From: Bryobacteraceae bacterium
Lineage (GTDB): Bacteria > Acidobacteriota > Terriglobia > Bryobacterales > Bryobacteraceae
Length of the DNA stretch: 64,000 bases
Direction of reading: 5' to 3'
NCBI GenBank assembly: GCA_036269815.1
Contig: DATBDT010000042.1
Span: 1,731-65,730, forward strand
Within the stretch, counting starts at the first letter, position 1, and every line of letters begins with the position of its first letter. Made by a program: the position numbers and the translations under genes. Shown here one piece after another: positions 30,028 to 39,210 of the stretch. The notes under the pieces were generated by a model. The model was not told where the DNA came from. It was given only the letters and a program-made list of their open reading frames with translations, and did not search any database.

Positions 30028-30975
30028 ATGTCCACCACTATTTCCGAACCAAAAGGCGCGAGATCCGGCTCTGACGCCAATTCCGGCAGGCTGTTTTTTC
30101 TAAATCTAAGCGCCGGCCGCATTCTTTCCGCAAACCCCGACGGCTCTGATCTGAAAACGATACTCACGGAAGGTTGCCGGCTTCCGGACGGCATTGTCGT
30201 GGATGTCGCAGCCGGTCACCTGTACTGGACCAACATGGGCAATCCCAGCATCAATGACGGTTCCATCGAACGCGCCGATCTCGACGGAAAGAATCTCACA
30301 ACCATCATTCTTCCAGGCGCAACACACACCCCCAAGCAACTCCAACTCGACAAGGCAAACGGCAAGCTCTACTGGTGCGATCGCGAAGGGATGCGAGTCA
30401 TGCGTTGTAATCTGGACGGCTCCCATATCGAGACCCTGGTTGACACGAGCGAGGGACACGCCCGCCCAGGCAAGGACGCGACGAAATGGTGCGTCGGTAT
30501 CGCGTTCGACTCGAGGGGCGGAAAGTTCTACTGGACCCAGAAAGGTCCTGATAACGCTGGTCTGGGCCGCATTCTTTGCGCCGATATCGAAATCCCGAAA
30601 GGGCAGACGCCGGCGAACCGCGCGGACGTCGAAGTGCTCTACGATGGTCTGCCCGAGCCCATCGATCTGGATCTCGATCTTACGAAGCGCGTGATGTACT
30701 GGACCGATCGGGGCGACCCACCGCACGGGAACACGGTGAATCGAGCGCCCATGAATGCCCCGCCCGGAAAGCGCACGGATCCAGAGATTGTTTTTACTCA
30801 CCTGATGGAAGGAATCGGCCTCGCGCTGGACGTGAAGAACCAGCGTATGTTCATGACCGATCTTGCAGGTTCACTCTACAGTGCGAATCTTGACGGCTCG
30901 AATAAGAGGACGCTGCTGTTCGCCCAAGGCAATCTGAGTGGTATCGCTTACGCGGAGCTTCCGGTAAGTTCATAG
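30028..30975 (+). CDS. Six-bladed YWTD (LDL-receptor class B-like) beta-propeller protein, no signal peptide seen
   Basis: Repeated blade motif: GHLYWTNMG, GKLYWCDREG, GKFYWTQKG, RVMYWTDRG, QRMFMTDLAG. Start set at the ATG at 30028. Confidence 0.7.
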   Translation: MSTTISEPKGARSGSDANSGRLFFLNLSAGRILSANPDGSDLKTILTEGCRLPDGIVVDVAAGHLYWTNMGNPSINDGSIERADLDGKNLTTIILPGATHTPKQLQLDKANGKLYWCDREGMRVMRCNLDGSHIETLVDTSEGHARPGKDATKWCVGIAFDSRGGKFYWTQKGPDNAGLGRILCADIEIPKGQTPANRADVEVLYDGLPEPIDLDLDLTKRVMYWTDRGDPPHGNTVNRAPMNAPPGKRTDPEIVFTHLMEGIGLALDVKNQRMFMTDLAGSLYSANLDGSNKRTLLFAQGNLSGIAYAELPVSS

Positions 30976-30991
30976 GCTTTCGAGAACAAAC

Positions 30992-31048
30992 ATGAACGAA
31001 CGAAAAACGATGACCACTATCGCCGGTGCTCCTGTTGGCGATAACTAG
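30992..31048 (+). pseudogene. Catalase N-terminal stub (18 codons then TAG)
   Basis: MNERKTMTTIAGAPVGDN*. GAPVGDN matches the conserved catalase N-terminus (B. subtilis KatA: LTTSWGAPVGDNQNS). TAG sits where CAG (Gln) is expected, and similarity is lost a few codons later. Confidence 0.45.
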
Positions 31049-31149
31049 AATGGGTTGTAGAAACGAGAAATATGGACGCGCGTTATGGATGGTTTTTGCT
31101 GTGACCCGAAGGTAGTCCTGGACGTTGAGGAGCCGGAAGGCGCCCTGAA

Positions 31150-31596
31150 GTGACCCCGTCCGCGTCCATCCCAGAACCGTCGGTTGTCGTTCGCAGCATG
31201 GGTTCTGGGTTCGCTCAGGAGATCGTGGCCGGGCAGCATCGCTTAAACGCAGATGAGCCGCTCTCTGCAGGCGGCGCCAACACCGGTCCGACCCCCTACG
31301 AGCTGCTTCTGGCCGCACTCGGAGCATGCACTGCCATCACAGTCACCATGTATGCGAGGCGAAAGAATTGGCCGCTCGACGGAATCGTTGTGCGGCTAAG
31401 TCATTCGAAGATTCATGCCGAAGATTGCCTTGAGTGTGACACCGAGTTGGGACTGCTAGACCGGATTGACCGCGAAATTGAATTGGCGGGTGCCTTAACT
31501 CCGGACCAGCGGCTCCGGCTCTTCGAGATTGCGGAGAAGTGTCCGGTTCATCGAACGCTGACGTCGGAGATCAGCATTCGTTCCCGTCTTACGTGA
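31150..31596 (+). CDS. OsmC-family peroxiredoxin-like protein
   Basis: The motifs GANTGPTPYELLLAALGACTAIT and ...AEKCPVHRTL contain the two OsmC Cys motifs. The track start is GTG; MGSGF is an alternative. Confidence 0.85.
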   Translation: MTPSASIPEPSVVVRSMGSGFAQEIVAGQHRLNADEPLSAGGANTGPTPYELLLAALGACTAITVTMYARRKNWPLDGIVVRLSHSKIHAEDCLECDTELGLLDRIDREIELAGALTPDQRLRLFEIAEKCPVHRTLTSEISIRSRLT

Positions 31597-31672
31597 AGGC
31601 AACAAGCCGAAGATCAGCTGCTCGGTTAGCAGACGGCAGCCGCGTATGTGCTGAGATAATCATTTCGCGTAC

Positions 31673-33287
31673 ATGAATAAAGGGCCCATTGGCGCGCTCA
31701 GCATGCTACTTGCGCTTTGCCCTGGCGCTCTCGGCTTAAATCCCTCTCTCGATATCAATCAATACGCGCACACTGCGTGGACAATCCGGGAAGGATTTTT
31801 CAAAGGTACAATTTACTCGATTGCCCAGACTCCAGATGGCTATCTTTGGCTCGGCACGGAATTCGGCTTGCTTCGCTTCGACGGCAACCGCAGTATGCCC
31901 TGGCAAGCAACACCGTTCACTGGTCGATGGAGGACGACAGTCATTCGGTTTGGTTGTACACGGCCTGCGGCCCTGGTGCGCATCGCCCGGTCCGAATTAG
32001 ACGCGTGGATCGCAGACCCGAAGCGCACAGTTCACACGACGGTTTGGGACGCGGCTGACGGTGTCAGGCTGCGCTCGACTGCGCCTAGCGGCTATGGTCC
32101 ACGGGTCGCGAAGTCAACCGATGGCAAATTATGGTTCGTGACCGGAGACGGGGTCCAAATCATCGATCCGCGCTATCTTTCCTTCAATAAACTCGCACCC
32201 CAAATCCATATTGAACGAGTTACAGCCGACCATAAGATTCGTTGGCGAAACTTATGGAGTGAGACGCCTTCAAACCTGCGCCTACCGAAGCTGAGTCGCG
32301 ATTTGGAGATCGACTACACCGCTCTGAGTCTGGTCGCGCCGGAGAAGATCCGTTTCAGATACAAGCTGGAAGGCTACGATGGCGACTGGCAAGACGCGGG
32401 CAATCGCCGCCAGGCGTTCTATACCAACCTTTCCCCGACCAACTATCGCTTCCGTGTTATGGCCTCCAATAACAGCGGTGTGTCGAACGAGACCGGCACA
32501 GCGCTAGATTTCTCTGTCGCGCCGGCATACTATCAGACCACCTGGGTTCGCATTTTGTGCGGGACTGTGTTTTTGACGATGATCTGGGCGATCCATCGGC
32601 TGCGGGTCCGCATTTTAGAGGAGCGGCACGCGATCTCAGAGCGGCATCGGGGCGAGATCCGCGCCCTGAACGAGTGCTTAATGAAAGCGCACGAGGAGGA
32701 GCGGATCCGGACCGCCGGGGAACTGCACGATGGTATTCTCCAGCAAATTACATCGTTCACTCTGCGGCTCGGTACGGCAACCCTGAAGCTTCCAGCCGAC
32801 TCGGAAGCCAAGACAAGAATAAAAGGATTGCAGAAAGAACTGATCCAGATGGGCACGGAGATCCGTCAGTTGTCTCATGAGCTTCATCCTGCGGTGCTGC
32901 AGGAAGCGGGTCTGACGGCGGCTCTGCGCTCCTATTGCGAAGAGTTCAGCAAGATACGCGGCATCCCGGTTTCGTGTGAGGTGGATGAGAGTGTCCCCTG
33001 GAGCCGCACTCTGCCTCTATCGCATCGCCCAGGAAGCACTCGGAAACGTGGCGAGGCACTCGAAACGCCACGCAGGTTGAAGTTCAGCTGAGCCGGTCGA
33101 ACGGTGATGTTTCTCTTATGTGTCCGACAATGGCGTCGGTTTTGCTCCAGGCGAAAGATCCGGGGGACTGGGGCTGATCAACATGAGGGAGCGCGCGCAC
33201 CAACTGAACGGGACGTTCGAGTTCAACAGCGAGCAAGGGCGCGGAACCAGGGTGAGAGCGACGGTACCTTTTCGACCAGCGTCGTAA
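31673..33287 (+). pseudogene. Sensor histidine kinase (propeller/Y_Y_Y + HisKA_3 + HATPase), internally deleted and multiply frameshifted
   Basis: The N-terminus (LDINQYAHTAWTIREGF...DGYLWLGTEFGLLRFDG) jumps to the pre-Y_Y_Y region, so the propeller blades are missing. The HisKA_3 box (EEERIRTAGELHDG) is intact. The HATPase part is spread over three frames (ALCLYRIAQEALGNVARHSK | ATQVEVQLSRSNGDVSL | YVSDNGVGFAPGERSGGLGLINMRERAHQLNGTFEFNSEQGRGTRVRATVPFRPAS*). Confidence 0.8.
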
Positions 33288-33560
33288 GTAACAACTATCC
33301 ATGTCGACACTTTGACACGTCCATGCGCCTCACCTTCGACATGCTTGCTTTAGGTCAGCTCCGAAAAGATCTGTAAACCGGTACTCGGAGCGGGAACGAT
33401 CCGCAATCGAGTTGGCAAGACAGGTGCACATCCCCAGAACGGGCAACGATCCTCGCACATGATAAAACGAAATGCCTCGGGCGGAATGTAGGGTTTCCGC
33501 ACCGATTCTGCAAAACTGCCGCCAAGGCGGCTTGATTCTTAAAAGACGGAGTTCATCACT

Positions 33561-35285
33561 ATGGCGAAAAAAGTAGCGGACCTCCTGGTGGAGGTTCTGG
33601 CAGATGCCGGAGTCCAGAGGATCTACGGCGTTGCCGGCGACTCGCTCAACGGAATCACGGATTCAATCCGCGCGACAAAGAAACTTCAGTGGGTGCATGT
33701 GAGAAATGAAGAAGCGGCAGCGTTTGCCGCAGGAGCCGAAGCGCATCTCACAGGAACGTTGGCGGTCTGCGCCGGAAGTTGCGGTCCGGGTAATCTGCAC
33801 TTAATCAATGGGCTTTACGATTGCCACCGCAGCCGTGTGCCGGTCCTGGCTATCGCCGCGCAAATTCCCAGCGCTGAAATCGGGAGTGGGTATTTTCAAG
33901 AGACTCATCCCGAGCATCTCTTCGCCCAGTGCAGCCATTACTGTGAGCTGATCTCTCAACCCGAGCAGATGCCCCGTGTACTTGAGATTGCGATGCAGTC
34001 TGCACTGTCGCGTCGCGGTGTCGCGGTGTTTGCCATTCCAGGCGACGTGGCGTTACACGATGCCATTGTGCAGGGACCGCGGCTGCGGTTTTCCGCGCCG
34101 AAGCCCACGGTGTGTCCATCCGATGACGAAATCAACTTACTTGCGGATGTTCTGAACCGATCAGAGAAGGTAACCATTCTGGCAGGAGCGGGTTGTGCCG
34201 GAGCCCATGCCGAGCTGATTGAATTCGCAGGAAAGGTGCAAGCTCCCATCGTGCACGCGATGCGGGGCAAAGAGTTCGTCGAATACGACAACCCGTTCGA
34301 TGTTGGAATGACGGGTTTGCTCGGATTCTCTTCGGGCTACCTCGCGATGATGAGCTGCGAAGTCCTGGTGATGATTGGAACGGATTTTCCGTACCAGAAC
34401 TTCTTTCCTGAGCACGCAACAGTGGTGCAGATAGATGTTCGCGGTGAACAGCTGGGACGCCGCACCAAAGTTGAGTTCGGTTTCGTAGGAGATACAAAGA
34501 CCACGTTCCGAGCCTTGTTGCCGAAGCTGAACCAAAACCAGCATGAAGCACATCTGGCGAGATCGGTTGAGCATTATCGGAAGGCTCGCAAAGGCTTGGA
34601 TGACTTGGCAATACCCAAGTCCGGCGAAACACAGATTCATCCGCAGTATGTGACGCGAGTGCTCGACAAACTGGCGGCCGACGACGCGATCTTCACTTGT
34701 GACGTAGGAACGCCAACCGTGTGGGCCGCAAGGTATCTCACGATGAACGGGAAGCGAAGGATACTCGGGTCGTTCAATCACGGTTCAATGGCCAACGCAT
34801 TGCCGCAAGCCATAGGCGCGCAGGTCACCTATCCGGGGCGCCAGGTGATCTCCATGTCAGGCGACGGCGGTTTCGCAATGCTTATGGGCGATCTGCTGAC
34901 CCTAAGGCAGCACGACTTGCCAGTGAAGTTGATTGTGTTCAGAAACGATTCACTAGCCTTTGTCGAACTGGAAATGAAAGCGGCCGGAATCCTTGATTTC
35001 GCAACGGACCTGCGCAATCCAGATTTCACGAAAATCGCTCAGGGAGCGGGACTCCTGGGGCTCAAAGCGGCAACGCCGGACGATGTGGAACCGATGATCG
35101 CGCAAGCGCTGGCACATGATGGCCCCGCGCTAGTGGAGGTTCTGGTGTCGCGCCAGGAACTCTCGATGCCACCGACGATTACTTTGGGGCAGGCCAAGGG
35201 CTTCAGCCTTTTCATGCTCAAAGCGGTCCTCAGCGGGCGCGGCGATGAAATCATTGATCTGGCACGAGTCAATCTTTTGCGTTGA
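33561..35285 (+). CDS. poxB: Pyruvate oxidase / pyruvate:quinone oxidoreductase (PoxB-type, ThDP/FAD)
   Basis: Aligns along its length with E. coli PoxB by eye: GVAGDSLNG, CAGSCGPGNLHLINGL, AAQIPSAEIGSGYFQETHP, GDGGF...NDSL, and the C-terminal lipid-binding helix KGFSLFMLKAVLSGRGDEIIDLARVNLLR. Confidence 0.9.
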   Translation: MAKKVADLLVEVLADAGVQRIYGVAGDSLNGITDSIRATKKLQWVHVRNEEAAAFAAGAEAHLTGTLAVCAGSCGPGNLHLINGLYDCHRSRVPVLAIAAQIPSAEIGSGYFQETHPEHLFAQCSHYCELISQPEQMPRVLEIAMQSALSRRGVAVFAIPGDVALHDAIVQGPRLRFSAPKPTVCPSDDEINLLADVLNRSEKVTILAGAGCAGAHAELIEFAGKVQAPIVHAMRGKEFVEYDNPFDVGMTGLLGFSSGYLAMMSCEVLVMIGTDFPYQNFFPEHATVVQIDVRGEQLGRRTKVEFGFVGDTKTTFRALLPKLNQNQHEAHLARSVEHYRKARKGLDDLAIPKSGETQIHPQYVTRVLDKLAADDAIFTCDVGTPTVWAARYLTMNGKRRILGSFNHGSMANALPQAIGAQVTYPGRQVISMSGDGGFAMLMGDLLTLRQHDLPVKLIVFRNDSLAFVELEMKAAGILDFATDLRNPDFTKIAQGAGLLGLKAATPDDVEPMIAQALAHDGPALVEVLVSRQELSMPPTITLGQAKGFSLFMLKAVLSGRGDEIIDLARVNLLR

Positions 35286-35365
35286 TAAATCCAAAACGCG
35301 CAACTGCAGAGGCGTAAGGCGCGCGAATGTGCGCCACCAATCGAACAAGAAAGGAAAAAGTCCTA

Positions 35366-37054
35366 ATGGCCACAGTACGAACCACCCATCTGGCAGGCGT
35401 GTCGGACGCTCGCGGGATGGATCTCCTAAATCAACAGGTGCTGAACAAAGGCACAGCATTCACCCCTGAGGAGCGCACAAAATTCGGTCTCGACGGGCTT
35501 CTTCCACCCCAAGTTGAAACTCTTGACCAGCAGGCCGCACGCGCCTATGAGGCCTACAAGAGAAAAGACGACGACCTGGAGCGGCATATCTATTTGCGCG
35601 CTCTGCAAGACACGAACGAGGTCCTCTTCTACAGGCTTCTTCTTGACCACATTGAAGAAATGACGCCGATGGTTTACACGCCGATGGTTGCGCTGGCGTG
35701 CGAACAGTTCAGCCACATCTATCGACGGCCTAGGGGCCTTTTCATTTCTTATCCTCTCCGTGACTCTATCCCTCAGCTACTACGAAATCGCCCGAATAAG
35801 GACATCGACGTAATCGTCGTGACCGATGGGGAACGCATTCTAGGCATCGGTGATCAGGGGGCGGGCGGCCTTGGCATACCAATCGGGAAGCTCTCACTGT
35901 ACACGCTGATCGGTGGCATTCATCCGGCTCGAACGCTGCCGATCGTGTTGGATGTGGGAACGAACAACCCGGAGCGCCTGAAGGATCCTGAGTACCTCGG
36001 CTGGCGTCATGAACGGATCACCGGTCAAGCTTACTTCGATTTTGTAGATCAGTTTGTGCAGGCGGTGAAGCAGGAACTTCCGGAAACATGCCTGCAGTGG
36101 GAAGATTTTGCGACGCCGCATGCCCTGCCTATTCTCAAGCGCTATCGCTACGAAATGTTGACGTTCAATGACGACATTCAGGGAACGGCAGCAGTCGCCC
36201 TCGGCGCCCTCCTCGGTGCTGTTAAGGTAACTGGAAAAAGATTGAAAGAGCAACAGATCGTGATGCTAGGTGCGGGTTCAGCCGGCATTGGTGTCGCCGA
36301 TGGGCTACGTGAAGAAATGACGGGAGAAGGACTTTCGGAAGACGAGGCGCGAACCCATTTTTGGGTGGTTGATAAAGACGGTCTTCTGCACACCGGCCGA
36401 AAGGATCTTACTCCCGAACAAAGCGTTTACGCCCAGGCGGAGAGTAGCGTTTCCGACTGGCCTCGACCTTCTAATGGACACATCGGTCTTGCCGACGTGA
36501 TTGGAAAGATCGATGCCACAATCCTTATAGGTCTGTCCACGGTTGGCGGCGCTTTTTCCGAGCCGATTGTTCGCGAGATGGCCCGCAAGGTCAAGCGGCC
36601 AATCATCTTCCCGCTCTCAAATCCCACTACGAGATCCGAAGCGAATGCAGATGATTTGATTCGCTGGACCGAGGGACGCGCGCTTGTGGCGTCGGGGTCT
36701 CCGTTTGCGCCGGTGGATTACAAGGGGCGCACGATTCCGATCGCGCAATGCAATAACGTTTACATTTTTCCTGCCATGGGACTGGGCGTGGTCGCCTCCG
36801 GCGCTCGCCGGGTCACGGAACCCATGATGTTAGCGGCGGCTCGAACGCTCGGCGGGAATTCGCCTGCGCTCAAGGACCCGTCCGCATCGCTGCTTCCGCC
36901 CCTGACAGAGATCAGGAGGGTGGCCGCGGAAATCGCAGTTGCGGTAGCAATCGAAGCACAAAAGGACGGAGTTGCTCCCAAAATCAGCGAGGACGAACTG
37001 CGTCAGAGAGTGCTGAAAGCGCAGTGGACGCCTTCTTACACAGTACTGGGATAA
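35366..37054 (+). CDS. maeA: NAD(P)-dependent malic enzyme (oxaloacetate-decarboxylating)
   Basis: LLNQQVLNKGTAFT, VYTPMVA, VVTDGERILGIGDQGAGGLGIPIGK, FNDDIQGTAAV, GAGSAGIG. Start set at MATVRT (35366). Confidence 0.9.
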   Translation: MATVRTTHLAGVSDARGMDLLNQQVLNKGTAFTPEERTKFGLDGLLPPQVETLDQQAARAYEAYKRKDDDLERHIYLRALQDTNEVLFYRLLLDHIEEMTPMVYTPMVALACEQFSHIYRRPRGLFISYPLRDSIPQLLRNRPNKDIDVIVVTDGERILGIGDQGAGGLGIPIGKLSLYTLIGGIHPARTLPIVLDVGTNNPERLKDPEYLGWRHERITGQAYFDFVDQFVQAVKQELPETCLQWEDFATPHALPILKRYRYEMLTFNDDIQGTAAVALGALLGAVKVTGKRLKEQQIVMLGAGSAGIGVADGLREEMTGEGLSEDEARTHFWVVDKDGLLHTGRKDLTPEQSVYAQAESSVSDWPRPSNGHIGLADVIGKIDATILIGLSTVGGAFSEPIVREMARKVKRPIIFPLSNPTTRSEANADDLIRWTEGRALVASGSPFAPVDYKGRTIPIAQCNNVYIFPAMGLGVVASGARRVTEPMMLAAARTLGGNSPALKDPSASLLPPLTEIRRVAAEIAVAVAIEAQKDGVAPKISEDELRQRVLKAQWTPSYTVLG

Positions 37055-37161
37055 CAACCGCGCCGCAAACAAAGGTTGGCATGACAAACAATACGAGGTT
37101 GAATCCGATGTTGAAACGAGTTTTCCAAGTAAGCCGGGGGCCCGGCGGTGAGGTGTTGAAT

Positions 37162-37720
37162 ATGACAATTGAAAAACGGCTCTTCAATGGTTGCCTGGCG
37201 CTTTGAATCCCCTCTTAGGGCTGCTGATCAGCACGGCCACGTTGTCGCCGGCAGCCACGCAAAATTGCTCCGTACCGCAGGACACCGCACTCCGGGTTCG
37301 CTTGAACGATACGTTGAACAGCGTTGATTCTCGCGTGGGCGATCCTTTCACCGCAACCGTTGTTGAGGCCGGCGAATACCAGAATGCACGCATTTTACGG
37401 ACATATCACCGACATTGACAAGTCCGGCAAGGTTAAAGGCCATACCAGCATGATGCTTCGCTTCGACCGCCTGGTTATGCAGGACGGGCGTCGAGCGCCG
37501 ATTCAGGCCGAACTTATTGAGCTTTACCACGGACCATCAGGAGAGAAGGTGGACGTCGAAGGCGCGATTGAGTCTGGCGGCAGGGGCCGCAAGAGCATCG
37601 AGCATACCGCAATCGGGGCGGGAGCCGGCGCTTTGCTGGGCGGCATCTTCGGCGGGGGTAAGGGCGCAGGGATCGGGTCTATTGACGGCGGCGCCGGAGG
37701 GCTCGGCACTACCGCATTCC
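37162..37720 (+). pseudogene. Secreted glycine-zipper protein, frameshifted and 3'-truncated
   Basis: The ATG at 37162 (MTIEKRLFNGCLAL*) shifts into the 37191 frame (signal-like LLGLLISTATLSPAA). It shifts again at the T-run near 37388, from ARILRTYHRH* to ARIYGHITDIDKSGK. A Gly-zipper (GAGAGALLGGIFGGGKGAGIGS) follows, then abuts the DASS remnant. Confidence 0.5.
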
Positions 37721-39067
37721 ATGGACATCGTGGGGCTGGTTCTCGAACCGTTGCCGGGCGCTGCAATTGCATTGATTGGATTAACGCTCGTAACTGTTCT
37801 CGCGCCGGTCGCGCTGTTCAGTCCACAGCAGTTATCTCAGCCGGGATTCCGGCCGGCAAGTGCTGCTCTTACCTGGGCGCTATCGGGATACAGCAATCCC
37901 ACAGTGTGGCTCATTTTCGGAGCATTCATACTCGCGCTTGGGTATGAACGGACCGGACTGGGTCACCGCATTGCCCTGGCCATCGTGAAGCGGATGGGCA
38001 AGAACACTCTCTTGCTTGGATACGACATCACGTTGGCAGATACGATTTTGGCGCCGTTCATTCCTTCGCCTACTGCACGCAGCGGGGGAATCATCTATCC
38101 GATTGCAACCGACCTGGCCGCTGATTATGAATCAAAGCCCAACGACCCGTAATTCGCGCCGAGTCGGATCCTATCCTATGTGGGTGGCTATCGCCACGAC
38201 CTGTGTAACTAGCTCGGTTTTTCTTACTGCAGGCTCATTCAATCTGCTGGCCGCTGGATTTGTTGAAAAACTTACGCATGTTGAGGTGCGCTGGACCGAC
38301 TGGTTCACCACTGCCGCACCTCCTATCCTTCTGCTCTAGCCTTAGTGCCGCTGTTGACTTATTGGCTCTATCCGCCGGAAGTAAAGCGTTCCAGTGAAGT
38401 TTCAAATTGGGCGGTGGAGCAGCTCGAGAAGATTGGCCGCCTTACGCGCCGCGAACTCATCCTGGCGGCAATCGTCATCCTGTCACTGGTGCTTTGGGTT
38501 GGCGGAGGCGCTTTTGTAAGTGCCGCAACGGTTGCCGGTATCGCGGTTTCTCTGATGCTGATTACGGGAGTGGTGACCTGGAACGACGTCGCGGCGCATA
38601 AGCGCGCCTGGACTACTTTCGCCTGGCTGGGAGCATTGATTGCCCTATGCGACGGATTGAACCGTGTCGGCTTCGTCAAATCGTTTGCTGATGCGATCGC
38701 CGTGTACATGCGTGGATTTTCGCCTCATCTTGCAATGTTTATTCTTCTCGCGGTATTTTTCGTGGCTCACTACTTGTTTGCCAGCGTGGATGCCTACACG
38801 ACGGCATTGCTTCCCGTGGTGCTGTTGACCGGGGCTGCGATTCCAGGCATTCCCGTGAAGGAATTTGCGTTGCTGCTGTGCATGGAGCTGGGCATCATGG
38901 GAATCATCACGCCATTCGCGGACGCGGCCAGCCCGATTTGCGCGAACAGCGGCTTTCTGCCGGCTAAAGACTACTGGCGGCTCGGAACAATTTTCGGCGC
39001 CATCTTTCCGATCGTCTTCCTTTGCGTAGGAGTGCCGTGGGCCTCCCTGCTCTGGGGAAGCAAATAA
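37721..39067 (+). pseudogene. DASS-family (CitT / 2-oxoglutarate-malate-type) anion:Na+ symporter, 5'-truncated with 2 frameshifts
   Basis: IVGLVLEPLPGAAIALIGLTLVTVL aligns to CitT residues ~50+, so the N-terminal ~50 aa are missing. The frame changes at ~38150 (SKPNDP|NSRRVGSYPMW) and at ~38335 (PPILLL|ALVPLLTYW). Three track ORFs together rebuild one transporter. Confidence 0.75.
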
Positions 39068-39088
39068 AACTCGCGAGGAATGGAAATT

Positions 39089-39210
39089 ATGAGTGTTGCA
39101 ATTACCGATCAGTTGCGTGTCGAGGAAGATGCGCTAGGAACGTTGAAGTTCCGGCCGAGCATTTGTGGGGCGCACAGACCCAGCGGTCCCACGTGAATTT
39201 TCCAATTGGG
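39089..39210 (+). pseudogene. fumC: Class II fumarate hydratase N-terminal stub (~40 codons, one frameshift)
   Basis: RBS AGGA plus ATG at 39089. Reads MSVAITDQLRVEEDALGTL then, in the +1 frame, VPAEHLWGAQTQRSHVNFPIG. WGAQTQRS is FumC-specific. Similarity stops at ~39207, where the permease sequence begins. Confidence 0.6.
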
